The notes beneath the pieces were generated by a model. The model was not told the DNA's origin. It saw nothing but the letters and a program-made list of their open reading frames with translations, and searched no databases. Position numbers and translations under genes: made by a program. Source: Verrucomicrobiales bacterium (lineage in GTDB: Bacteria > Verrucomicrobiota > Verrucomicrobiia > Verrucomicrobiales > V1-33). From it: 64,000 bases of DNA. Position 1 is the stretch's first letter; every line of letters begins with the position of its first letter. This document shows positions 52,697 to 61,886 of the stretch, one piece after another. Location of the stretch: NCBI GenBank assembly GCA_050998515.1, contig JBPCQC010000019.1, forward strand, positions 200,357 to 264,356, read 5' to 3'.

Positions 52697-55600
52697 ATGC
52701 AACGCTCACTTCTGTGTGCCCTCACCTGCTGTCTTTTTTTCTCGGTTGCTTTGCCAGCGGCCGCCCGGGTCTACATCTCCGAATTCATGGCGAGCAACAG
52801 CCAGACAATCGCCGATGACCAGGGGAAGAACTCAGACTGGATAGAAATCCTGAACGACAGCACAACGGCGGTCAATCTCGCGGGCTGGCACCTAACCGAC
52901 GACCCGCTGGATAAAACGAAATGGCGTTTTCCGGCGATCACACTGGGCGCCAATCAACGGCTCCTGGTTTGGGCGTCGAACGAGGACGAACGGGACCCGG
53001 CGCGTCCCCTGCATACAAATTTTCGCCTCGATGCTGCTGGGGAATACCTGGCGCTGGTGCGTCCAGATGGAACCACGGTCGAGCATGAATACGCAGAGCC
53101 CGTCCCTGCTCAATTTACCGATGTTTCCTATGGAATATCGGAAACCATCGGCCAGCAGGTGCTCGTTGCCTACGGCTCGGAAGCGAAGGTGAAGGTCCCG
53201 CCTGATGCCAGCGAAGACGCCACGTGGTTCGATCCCCTTTTTCAAGATGCCAGCTGGACGCCGAAAAAGGCGGGCATCGGTTTCGGCTCGGGATTTCTCG
53301 CGAATGACCCGGTCACCGGTCAGCCATACATCCACGCCGATGGGGACGTGCAGAGCCTGATGACCGGATTCCCGTCCATTTTCATGCGTTACTCATTCAA
53401 TATTCCGGATCCCACGATAATTCAGTCGCTGACTTTGCGCATGCGTTACGACGATGGATATCTGTTCTATATTAATGGTGCGTTCAAGGGGCACAAATTC
53501 GCGTGGTCTTCCACTCTAACGCCGGACCCGCCGCGGCCGTATAACGCTACGGCGATAGCTTCCCGCTCGAACACCGCGGCTGTGGTGTATGAGAATTTCG
53601 CGGTGCCGGGTGGAAACCTGGCGCTCAATGCGGGTCAGAATGTTCTTGCGATTCACGGCCTCAACGTGTTGCCAACGAACACCGACGCGCTCTTTTCACC
53701 CGAATTGATCGCCACGCTCCTGCCGGTGATAAACGGCAATGTCGTTTATTTCACGACCGCCACGCCAGGCAATGGCAACAATAGCGGTTCGAGCAACATT
53801 GGTCCGGCGATCACTGAGGTTCCGGAAACTGCGCCACCGCCTGCGGCGAGCACAGGCGGCGCTGGCAGCGTGGAAGGCTTGCCCCTGGTCACCTCCGCTG
53901 CCACTGGCTATTCCGGAACGCAGGGACAAAACGGCTGGAATTGGGGCTACATGACCGGCAGCGGGACCTACAATTATCTAACCAGCTATGTCGATTTCCC
54001 CGGCGGCGCCGGAGCGGGTGCCTGGAACGGCACCACCCAGTGGTGGACCGGCAGCTCATGGGACCATAACACAGCCGGTGCGGCGCCGTGGACTGAAATC
54101 AGCAACAGCTACATGCATCCGAATGATTCCGCGCCCGGCCCGCGCGAGGCCACGATCTCCCGCTGGACAAGCACCGTAGGCGGAGCGCACACCATATACG
54201 GAAGTTTCAACCGCGCCAGCACTGCAGGCGACGGCACCACCGGACGGGTCTATCGCAACGGAACGCAGCTCTTTTCCGGGTTGACCCGGGGCGATACCCA
54301 GACCTTCACACTTCCGGTAACGCTCGCGGTGGGAGACAAAATCGACTTCATGGTGGACGTCGGGCCGGCTGACGACGACGGGTCGGATACAACCACGTAC
54401 GTCGCGGAAATTCGCCAGGGACATCCGCCAGTAGTTCCACCAATCACGATCAACGTGCCGGTGACCGCACGCGTCGATAGGACGCTCAACGATATCGCGA
54501 GCGTGACGCTGAAATATCGCGTGATGTATGCGAACGAGGTGTCAGTGCCGATGCTCGATGATGGCCTCAACGGCGACGTTTTGGCGGGCGACGGCATTTA
54601 CTCCGGCGTCATCAGCACCAATCAAATCACGGCCGGCCAGATGTTGAGGTGGCGTGTCGAAGCGGCGGACACCCTCGCTAACGTCAGCAAAATGCCGCCG
54701 TATCTGAACCCTGCGGACGATCAACAATACTTCGGAACCATTGCCAACGATCCCTCGACCGCCACGTCACTGCTGCCCGTTCTGCACTGGTTCATGGCAG
54801 CGGGGACGAATCCTGACTCCGCCACGCCAGCTCCGGTTTCCATCTACTACCTCGGCGAGTTTTACGACAACTGTCATTCGACGATCCATGGCCAAAGCAG
54901 CAGCGGGTTCCCGAAAAAGAGCAACGACGTCGATGGGCCCGCAGATCACCGCATCCGCTGGACGACCGACCCGAACGCGCGCCGGGTCAAGGACATCAAC
55001 TTGCTTTCGAGTTACGCCGACAAAGCGAAGTTCCGCAATGCCGTGGGCTACGAGGCTTACGCTGATGCCGGAGTGAAGGGGCACTTCGCATTTCCTGTCC
55101 GCTTGCACCGCAACGGCGTCTTCTACGCGGTGGCTGATTTCGTCGAGGACGGCGACGATCGATACCTCGAACGTGTGGGGCTCGATCCCGACGGTGCGCT
55201 GTACAAGTGCTATAACTCTCTCAATAACGCCACCATAACCACGAATAATTCCGGCGGCGTGGAAAAGAAAACGCGCCGATTCGAGAACACGGCGGATTTT
55301 CAAGCCATGATCGATGGCCTCCTCGAAAGCCGGGGCCTTCCTCTGAGGCGCCAGTATGCCTACGATAACATCAACATTCCGGCGCTGGTGAATTATATGG
55401 CTGCCACTATCGCGATACTGAACAACGATCAGGGGCACAAGAACTACTACATGTATCGCGACACCAACTACACGGGCGAATGGTCGATTCTCCCGTGGGA
55501 TGTTGATCTGTCGTTGGGGCACACCTGGACCAGCGCGCAGAGTTATTGGGACGATGACATTGACAGCAGGGCAGGATTGGTGCTGGGCGTTTCGAATCGC

Positions 55601-57370
55601 TTGAAGTCGCTGACGACGAGCGGCAGCCCGGCTCCTGAAATGGCCCGGATGTTTATGCGCCGCCTTCGCACGCTCATGGATCGATGGATCGGCCCGACCG
55701 CAGCCCCGCCAAAATTCCTTGAAGACCGGTTCCGCTATTGGCTCGACATCATTGACCCGCCCGCGCTCGGCAACGCCAGCGATGCCTATCTCGATTTCAA
55801 GCGCTGGGGCTTCTGGCTCGATGGCGGCGGCGGCACCCCGATCAACTACCTCGATTCGCGCGGTCCAGACCATCAAATGCGGCCTTACACGAACCGGCTG
55901 ATCAATAGCAATCCCAACCCTCCGTATCCGGCATCCATTTCAAGTCCCTCACTCGGCCGCAACAGTTTGGATCCGTTTCTGGTAGGTATGCGGACCACGC
56001 TTTACAATCCTTCGTTGAGTCTGGCTGGACAAACGATTCCGACCCCGCAACCGGCCGTGCCGCCGCTTACTTTCGGCACGGTGGAAGTCAATCCCGGTTC
56101 AACTACGCAGGAATATTTCACGTTGCGCAACGCCAACGCCTACGCCGTTGATGTTTCCGGCTGGACGATCAGCGGCGGGGTGGATTTCGCTCTCCCGGGC
56201 GGTTGCGTCATCCCCCCGGGCGGCGGAACTGCGGAGAATATCGGCCTCCTTTTCGTCACTAAAGATCCACCTGGCTTCCGCGCACGCACCAGCGGTCCTC
56301 GAGCCGGACAGTATTGTTTCTGTGTCGGGCCCTATGATGGACAACTTTCAGCGCGGGGCGAGTCGCTCGAACTGCGCGACACCACGGGAGCCCTGATTGC
56401 GAGCACGTCATGGGCCCCGGCGCCCACCCCGCATCAAACGTCATTGCGAGTGACTCAAATCCTCTTCGAGCCAAATGATCCGACAGCAGCGGAATTGTCA
56501 GGCCACCCTGAATGGACCGCGCAGGATTTCGAGTGGCTGGAATTAACGAATATCGGCGCTGCCTCCCTCGACCTCGGTGGGGTGAAATTCACCGAGGGTA
56601 TCGAATACTCTTTTCCTGCGGGCACCCTTCTGCCGGCTGGCGCGAAGATCATTCTTGCAGCCAACCCGACCGCGTTCGCCTTGCGCTGGCCGGGAGCCAC
56701 GGTCCCGGTCGTTGGGCCCTACTCAGGAGTGCTCAGTAACCAGGGCGAAACCCTCCACGTTGTTGATTCCGTGGGTGAATCCGTGCTCGAATTCTCGTAC
56801 AATGACAAATGGTATCCGCCTGCAGATAGTCTGGGACACTCGCTCGTGATGCTCGACCCAGTGAACACACCATTCAACGAGTGGGGCGGGCGTCCGCGGT
56901 GGGGCGTGAGCCTCAATCCTGGTGGTCAGCCCGGTGCGGCCAATGTTCCGCTGGGGATGGTATTCGAATTTTGGCAGAACGCTCCCTTTGACTCGACGGA
57001 ACGTGGGATTGAGGCCATCAGCGGTTTGGAAGCAGACCCGGACAGCGACGGCATTCTCAACATTTTGGAGTACGCGCTCGACACCGATCCGAAGGCATCA
57101 TCACAGCACCAGTTGCCGACAGTTGGATCGAGCGTCGTCGGTGCCCAATCGCATCTCACGCTGACGTTTCGTCGTCAAAAGAATGTGCTCGACCTCAGCT
57201 ATTTGGTGGAAGCATCCGGCGAGTTGGGTGGCTGGTCGCTTCAAGGCACTCTGGTCGCACCGCCCATCGACAACGGAGATGGCACGGAAACAGTGACCGT
57301 TCGCGATTCCGCGCCCATATCCTCGAACAGCCGGCGCTTTATACGGCTGAGAGTAATTGTGAATCAGTGA
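52697..57370 (+). CDS. Giant secreted lamin-tail-domain (LTD) / CotH-kinase-like protein
   Basis: ATG at 52697 gives the signal peptide MQRSLLCALTCCLFFSVALPAAA. An N-terminal LTD is present (YISEFMASN...DWIEILN...LAGWHLTDD). The central CotH-like region contains HKNYYMYRD...WSILPWDVDLSLGH. Two further LTD-like modules follow (EYFTLRN..., FEWLELTN...), then a DSDGILNILEYALDTDP motif. The track's start at 52196 overlaps the FmdB gene and is rejected. Confidence 0.8.
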   Translation: MQRSLLCALTCCLFFSVALPAAARVYISEFMASNSQTIADDQGKNSDWIEILNDSTTAVNLAGWHLTDDPLDKTKWRFPAITLGANQRLLVWASNEDERDPARPLHTNFRLDAAGEYLALVRPDGTTVEHEYAEPVPAQFTDVSYGISETIGQQVLVAYGSEAKVKVPPDASEDATWFDPLFQDASWTPKKAGIGFGSGFLANDPVTGQPYIHADGDVQSLMTGFPSIFMRYSFNIPDPTIIQSLTLRMRYDDGYLFYINGAFKGHKFAWSSTLTPDPPRPYNATAIASRSNTAAVVYENFAVPGGNLALNAGQNVLAIHGLNVLPTNTDALFSPELIATLLPVINGNVVYFTTATPGNGNNSGSSNIGPAITEVPETAPPPAASTGGAGSVEGLPLVTSAATGYSGTQGQNGWNWGYMTGSGTYNYLTSYVDFPGGAGAGAWNGTTQWWTGSSWDHNTAGAAPWTEISNSYMHPNDSAPGPREATISRWTSTVGGAHTIYGSFNRASTAGDGTTGRVYRNGTQLFSGLTRGDTQTFTLPVTLAVGDKIDFMVDVGPADDDGSDTTTYVAEIRQGHPPVVPPITINVPVTARVDRTLNDIASVTLKYRVMYANEVSVPMLDDGLNGDVLAGDGIYSGVISTNQITAGQMLRWRVEAADTLANVSKMPPYLNPADDQQYFGTIANDPSTATSLLPVLHWFMAAGTNPDSATPAPVSIYYLGEFYDNCHSTIHGQSSSGFPKKSNDVDGPADHRIRWTTDPNARRVKDINLLSSYADKAKFRNAVGYEAYADAGVKGHFAFPVRLHRNGVFYAVADFVEDGDDRYLERVGLDPDGALYKCYNSLNNATITTNNSGGVEKKTRRFENTADFQAMIDGLLESRGLPLRRQYAYDNINIPALVNYMAATIAILNNDQGHKNYYMYRDTNYTGEWSILPWDVDLSLGHTWTSAQSYWDDDIDSRAGLVLGVSNRLKSLTTSGSPAPEMARMFMRRLRTLMDRWIGPTAAPPKFLEDRFRYWLDIIDPPALGNASDAYLDFKRWGFWLDGGGGTPINYLDSRGPDHQMRPYTNRLINSNPNPPYPASISSPSLGRNSLDPFLVGMRTTLYNPSLSLAGQTIPTPQPAVPPLTFGTVEVNPGSTTQEYFTLRNANAYAVDVSGWTISGGVDFALPGGCVIPPGGGTAENIGLLFVTKDPPGFRARTSGPRAGQYCFCVGPYDGQLSARGESLELRDTTGALIASTSWAPAPTPHQTSLRVTQILFEPNDPTAAELSGHPEWTAQDFEWLELTNIGAASLDLGGVKFTEGIEYSFPAGTLLPAGAKIILAANPTAFALRWPGATVPVVGPYSGVLSNQGETLHVVDSVGESVLEFSYNDKWYPPADSLGHSLVMLDPVNTPFNEWGGRPRWGVSLNPGGQPGAANVPLGMVFEFWQNAPFDSTERGIEAISGLEADPDSDGILNILEYALDTDPKASSQHQLPTVGSSVVGAQSHLTLTFRRQKNVLDLSYLVEASGELGGWSLQGTLVAPPIDNGDGTETVTVRDSAPISSNSRRFIRLRVIVNQ

Positions 57371-57533
57371 GCTGGCTAAGAGGGTTGTGAATCAGTGAGT
57401 TGCGATTCAGAATGTGGGGCTTCGCGAATTTCCGAGTCTCGTGGTTTCCTCACTTTCTGAATCTCTGATCTACTGATTCTCTGACTTTGATTGATCATTG
57501 CGCTGTAATCAGTGATGGTGGCGTTCGCTGGTC

Positions 57534-59285
57534 ATGCCCGCCAAACGCCAAAAACGCCCTGTTTCAAAGAAATCCGCAGCGGACTCCGTGGCGGGTGAGG
57601 AGACGAGCGCCGATGGCGTCGTTGCGACCGTGACTCACTCCATTGAAGATCAGCCAGCAGCCGCCGGCGAGCCCGTTTCCTGGAATCAGCTTGCGCCTCC
57701 CGCTGACGTCCCACTGCCGTTCACGGAGTCTGATCCGGGTTCCGATAGCGAGGGGTTGGGCCTCGAAGCTCATCACAACCAGGATGGCGGCGTCGGCCAT
57801 TCAGCTGCCACTTTTGAAGACCTCGCCGCCGGCGTTGCTCAAAGCACAGATGAGCGGGAACTGGAACCGCCGAGTATCGGCTTGGGCGATAGCGCGGAAG
57901 CTCAGTCTTTCGAGATCGAGCCGCCAGAATGGGCAAATCCTGCTGAGGCCGCCATCGATCCGGCAACTTTGGTTGGAGAAGCCACTCCCATTGAAGAACC
58001 TGCTGCAAGCGTTTCCGGGGAAGACGATGCGCTGGATCCCCGGAGCTTGCCGGCTGAGCCGCGAATCAATCGCACAGGCGAAGAATTCGAACTCAACCCG
58101 CTCACCAGTTATCAGGAGGAAGAACAACCAAAATATCGCACCGCGGGTGAGGCGGAACGCGTGCGCGAAGCGGTGCGCCAGGTAGTGCAGGAAGGGCGCT
58201 TCGTCGGCGATGTGGCGCGTGATATGGGCTTGGCGCCTTCATCAATTTATCGCTGGGAGAAACGGTATCTCGATTTCATCTCCAACCAGGAAGAAATCAA
58301 CCGCAAGGAAGATTGGGAGGACGTATATACGTGGACGGGGGCGCCGGAAATTCCAGACTTGTGGCGCCTCAAATTTGCGGAAAATTGGGACCGATTACTC
58401 GAGGCGACCCACGCCGAGGAGGCGGATTTTCGACAGGATCCGCTCGAAATCTTCCTCAACAACTCGATGCTCACGGGCTGGCTGTTTCGCGACGGCCGAC
58501 TGGATCGCAATGTCGCGCTGGGGGCTGCCGTTGGCCTTGTGCTAGTTCTTGTGCTGGCATCATTTTTGCGCACGAAAATGAAACAGCATCAAACCGCTGG
58601 CGCCAAGGGCCCCGGCGTCGACACCGCAGAGCTCGACAAACGCGAGATCTCCCTCGCCTCGCCAGTGGGACTGGACTATTTGCGCGCGGACGGCTGGGAG
58701 AAGAAGGCGATGTTTGTGCGGGACCTCAAGCGTGTCGCTCCGCTGATGCAGGAATGGTATCAGAAGCATTCTGATGCCGGTCAGGAGGATGCCGAACTTT
58801 TTTATGCCATGCGCAGCGGAGATGTGGTCAATGTCATGGTCACGTTCGAAAAATCCGGCGCCGAACCGGCATTTCTTTCCCTGGTCAAGGAGCGCGGCGC
58901 TTACAAAGTCGATTGGGAAACATCCTCAGGTTATCATCAACAGTCCTGGCTGGATCTGGTCGAGAAGCGGCCCACGACACCGTTCCTTCTTCGGTGCATC
59001 ATCGAAAGGGGTGATTACTACAACTTCGATTTTATGGATTCCACGAAGTGGAGGTGTTTTGTCATGCGTTATCCTCGCGGTCCGCTGACGCTTTATGGCT
59101 ATGCTGAACGCGATTCGGCGTTGGGTCCGCGACTCGACAATCTCTTGGAATTCAAGCCGTATGCTGGAGTAGTGATCGAAGCGGTTTATCCACCAGGTGG
59201 ACGGGGAAAAAATCAACTGCGCATTGTGAAACTGGTGCACGAAGCCTGGCTGCCGGAGTCGGTCCTGCAAAACAGCGCCCAATAA
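57534..59285 (+). CDS. Membrane-anchored protein: acidic N-terminus, HTH, TM segment, conserved C-terminal domain of unknown function
   Basis: 583 aa. An HTH-like segment is present (RFVGDVARDMGLAPSSIYRWEKRY). The single TM segment is VALGAAVGLVLVLVLASFL. The C-terminal ~230 aa is clearly homologous to that of the next gene. Confidence 0.6.
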   Translation: MPAKRQKRPVSKKSAADSVAGEETSADGVVATVTHSIEDQPAAAGEPVSWNQLAPPADVPLPFTESDPGSDSEGLGLEAHHNQDGGVGHSAATFEDLAAGVAQSTDERELEPPSIGLGDSAEAQSFEIEPPEWANPAEAAIDPATLVGEATPIEEPAASVSGEDDALDPRSLPAEPRINRTGEEFELNPLTSYQEEEQPKYRTAGEAERVREAVRQVVQEGRFVGDVARDMGLAPSSIYRWEKRYLDFISNQEEINRKEDWEDVYTWTGAPEIPDLWRLKFAENWDRLLEATHAEEADFRQDPLEIFLNNSMLTGWLFRDGRLDRNVALGAAVGLVLVLVLASFLRTKMKQHQTAGAKGPGVDTAELDKREISLASPVGLDYLRADGWEKKAMFVRDLKRVAPLMQEWYQKHSDAGQEDAELFYAMRSGDVVNVMVTFEKSGAEPAFLSLVKERGAYKVDWETSSGYHQQSWLDLVEKRPTTPFLLRCIIERGDYYNFDFMDSTKWRCFVMRYPRGPLTLYGYAERDSALGPRLDNLLEFKPYAGVVIEAVYPPGGRGKNQLRIVKLVHEAWLPESVLQNSAQ

Positions 59286-59292
59286 CCGCCAC

Positions 59293-60852
59293 ATGGAAAC
59301 TCTCCCTGGCTCCGCGGCCGCGCCAAATGATTGGTTCCTTTTCTCGTGTCCTTCATGCGCGAGGCCTGTAAAACTGCGCGCTTCTCAGGCAGGTGCTCGG
59401 CTCAAATGTCCGTTTTGCCAGGAGCCCATTGTCATTCCGACCGCGGCCGCCGTCGACGATGCGGGGCCGCCAAAACGTGAAACTGAAGCCCGGCTTTTTC
59501 CAGCGGACGGTGCGGAAGCGCCAGCGGTGATGAAGCCTTCGGCGGTCTCGCCAGCGCCAAGGGAACAGCGGACTCCGAAAGCAACTTCAGCACCGCCGCA
59601 ACCATCGCTCCGGCCAAATGCATCGCCAGCTCCGCTGATGAGCGAGGCCAACCCCGACATCAAGGCAGCCCTAGCGCTGAACCCCCAATCTGAAATCGCC
59701 GTCGACAAGCTGTCCGCAGCGCAGTTTCGTCACATCGAAGATCCCGTCTTCGCCATTCCTGAGAAAGGTTTGCGAGTGCGGAAACGAAAACGGCGGAGCC
59801 ATCAGACGCACAAGGAAGTTAAGTCCCCTCAATGGGATGCCGCTGCCGAATCGGGGGCTGGAGAGCAAGAGAGTGGAGACGAAAAGCAGGAAGGCTGGCG
59901 CGAGTTAACCACCGCGACGACCGCTGTTGAGGTTCGGCGGGACGGAGCTGTTATTCAAACCAGGAAGCGCTTTAAGAAAAAGCGGCTGCCAACGGTCGTC
60001 GAAAAGGCATTCGTACGCCTCGGTCATGCCGCCCGCATGGTCCTGATCGCATTCGGCGGCATCGTTTTTCTCGGCGCCGTCGCGGGCGGCATTTACCTTT
60101 CGCGAAGCCGCGACACGGCGCCGGCTCCGCCGACCTGGCCGCAGGAAATCGAGGACCGCGCTTTTGCGCGGATCGATGAAACTCTCGAAGCTGAAAGCGT
60201 GGTCCGGCAATTTCTAGCCGCAGATGGCCTCGAAGCAAAACTCCCCTTCGTCCGTTTTCCTGATAAAGTTCGGCCCATCATGGAGGAGTGGTACAAAATC
60301 CATGACGCCGGTCCCACGCGAGGCGAGCGGACCATCGAGCTTGAACCCCTGACCAAAATTATCAGGGCCGGCGACATGACGTTCACGGTAATCGCTCTTC
60401 AGTTGCAATCGACGCAGGAAATCCGTTTCTATGCCGTCGAACAAACTGCCGGCGGTGGCAAGCTCGATTGGGAGACCGCGGTGAGTTATCAGCCGATGTT
60501 GCTCGATCAATTCAAACAGTTGCGGCCCACCGATCCGGTTCCCTTCCGGGTCGTCGCTTCCTCTGGCGACTATTACAATGGGATTTTTGCCGATGAGCAA
60601 CGCTGGCTCTGCTGCGACCTCTCCTATCCCGGCGACCCGGAGTTCCATTTGTTCGGATACGTGGACCTGAGCACCGTCCCAGGACGGCGATTGGCGGAGA
60701 AAATTGTCGAAGACTCCGCGAGCGTGAGCGTAATCCTCTCATTGACCTATCTGCCCAAAGTCACCGATCCAAACCAGGTTATTATCACAAGCATCGTGAA
60801 TGAGGAGTGGTTTTTGACCGACGGTCCGCTGCTGAAAAATATGGCCCGGTGA
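59293..60852 (+). CDS. Membrane-anchored protein: zinc-ribbon N-terminus, Pro/Ala- and Lys/Arg-rich linker, TM segment, conserved C-terminal domain (paralog of the upstream gene)
   Basis: 519 aa. The zinc ribbon is CPSC...x15...CPFC. The TM segment is MVLIAFGGIVFLGAVAGGIYL. C-terminal motifs are shared with the upstream gene (EEWYKIHD, LDWETAVSYQ, SGDYYN, W.C...YPG, LFGY). Confidence 0.6.
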   Translation: METLPGSAAAPNDWFLFSCPSCARPVKLRASQAGARLKCPFCQEPIVIPTAAAVDDAGPPKRETEARLFPADGAEAPAVMKPSAVSPAPREQRTPKATSAPPQPSLRPNASPAPLMSEANPDIKAALALNPQSEIAVDKLSAAQFRHIEDPVFAIPEKGLRVRKRKRRSHQTHKEVKSPQWDAAAESGAGEQESGDEKQEGWRELTTATTAVEVRRDGAVIQTRKRFKKKRLPTVVEKAFVRLGHAARMVLIAFGGIVFLGAVAGGIYLSRSRDTAPAPPTWPQEIEDRAFARIDETLEAESVVRQFLAADGLEAKLPFVRFPDKVRPIMEEWYKIHDAGPTRGERTIELEPLTKIIRAGDMTFTVIALQLQSTQEIRFYAVEQTAGGGKLDWETAVSYQPMLLDQFKQLRPTDPVPFRVVASSGDYYNGIFADEQRWLCCDLSYPGDPEFHLFGYVDLSTVPGRRLAEKIVEDSASVSVILSLTYLPKVTDPNQVIITSIVNEEWFLTDGPLLKNMAR

Positions 60853-61054
60853 TGCAATCGGACCGACAGTTTCGTGGCCGTGGAACGTCTTCCAAGCCTC
60901 CCGTCTCGCAGGTTTGCGAACCTGCACACTTCGATGGAGGTTGTAGGAAAGCGCCGCGGAATTCGACTGTTCAAGCCTTAAGCCCCGCGCGCATGTTTTC
61001 TTGGGCGTGTCAATTTTCGCCGATTTGTCTGTTCGTTCGATGGTGCAGCCGAGA

Positions 61055-61468
61055 TCATCGCGCAGGCCAAACATGGAAGCCTGCGAATGCAAAATGGCGG
61101 TCGAAGGTGAATGCCTCCGCGATTTTTTCGCGCCGCATTAAGACGAACGAAAGGGCATCGGTGAAGTTGACGTTCTGATCCGATAGCTTCTCCAGCCAGT
61201 GGGTCGCCTCGGCGAGTTCATCCAACCCAGGTTGAATCCAGCGGATGAAGTCTCCCGTCAGTTGCAAGCGCACCCACCGGGCCGCACGCGCCGGGTCCTG
61301 GGTGCGGCAGATAGCCGTCGCTACTTCATCGAGCACATGGTCAGAGGAAATAAGCGGCCTCGACGTCACTGCGATCTCCGCCCAGATCGCCTCAGCTTCC
61401 GGTTGAAATTGGTCTCCACGATTCGCGATAGCCACGAACGGACCGGAGTCGATGAAGAGCGGCTTCAT
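61055..61468 (-). CDS. vapC: PIN-domain toxin (VapC family)
   Basis: 137 aa. The PIN acidic residues are present (LFIDSGPF, VLDEVAT, FTDALSF, FDRHF). It overlaps the upstream antitoxin by 4 nt. Confidence 0.8.
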   Translation of the reverse strand: MKPLFIDSGPFVAIANRGDQFQPEAEAIWAEIAVTSRPLISSDHVLDEVATAICRTQDPARAARWVRLQLTGDFIRWIQPGLDELAEATHWLEKLSDQNVNFTDALSFVLMRREKIAEAFTFDRHFAFAGFHVWPAR

Positions 61469-61740
61469 GGTGTCGACTCGCTGACCGGGATTCCGTAGAT
61501 GTAATCATCCAGATTTTTCGCAAGATCGGCAGGCCCGGCAGAATGGGCCTCTTCGCGGAAAGTTCGCATCGCTTCCCATGCGGCCAAGCGCTTGCGCTGT
61601 GACGCATGGCTTGGAGGCTCGGTGATCGCAACTTCGACCGCCCTCCGGACGAACTCGGCAAAGGACACTCCCTCGGCCCGAGCCTTTTCAATGCTCCGCC
61701 GCTTCAGTGGCTCAGGCAGAACGATCGTGGTCCGTTTCAT
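61465..61740 (-). CDS. RHH/CopG-like antitoxin (VapB)
   Basis: 91 aa, MKRTTIVLPEPLKRRSIEKARAEGVSFAEFVRRAVEVAI. It has a ribbon-helix-helix N-terminus. Confidence 0.75.
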   Translation of the reverse strand: MKRTTIVLPEPLKRRSIEKARAEGVSFAEFVRRAVEVAITEPPSHASQRKRLAAWEAMRTFREEAHSAGPADLAKNLDDYIYGIPVSESTP

Positions 61741-61886
61741 GACATCATTATGTCACCTGATTATGGTATGTCAACGAGCGCGAGCACGGTAGGAATCTGC
61801 GGGTAGGCCCAACGTTGCTAGGGAGCGAACGTTCAATCAATTACCGCCGCCGTGGGTCATCTGGCTAAAGGCGTGCGGCTCGCAGG

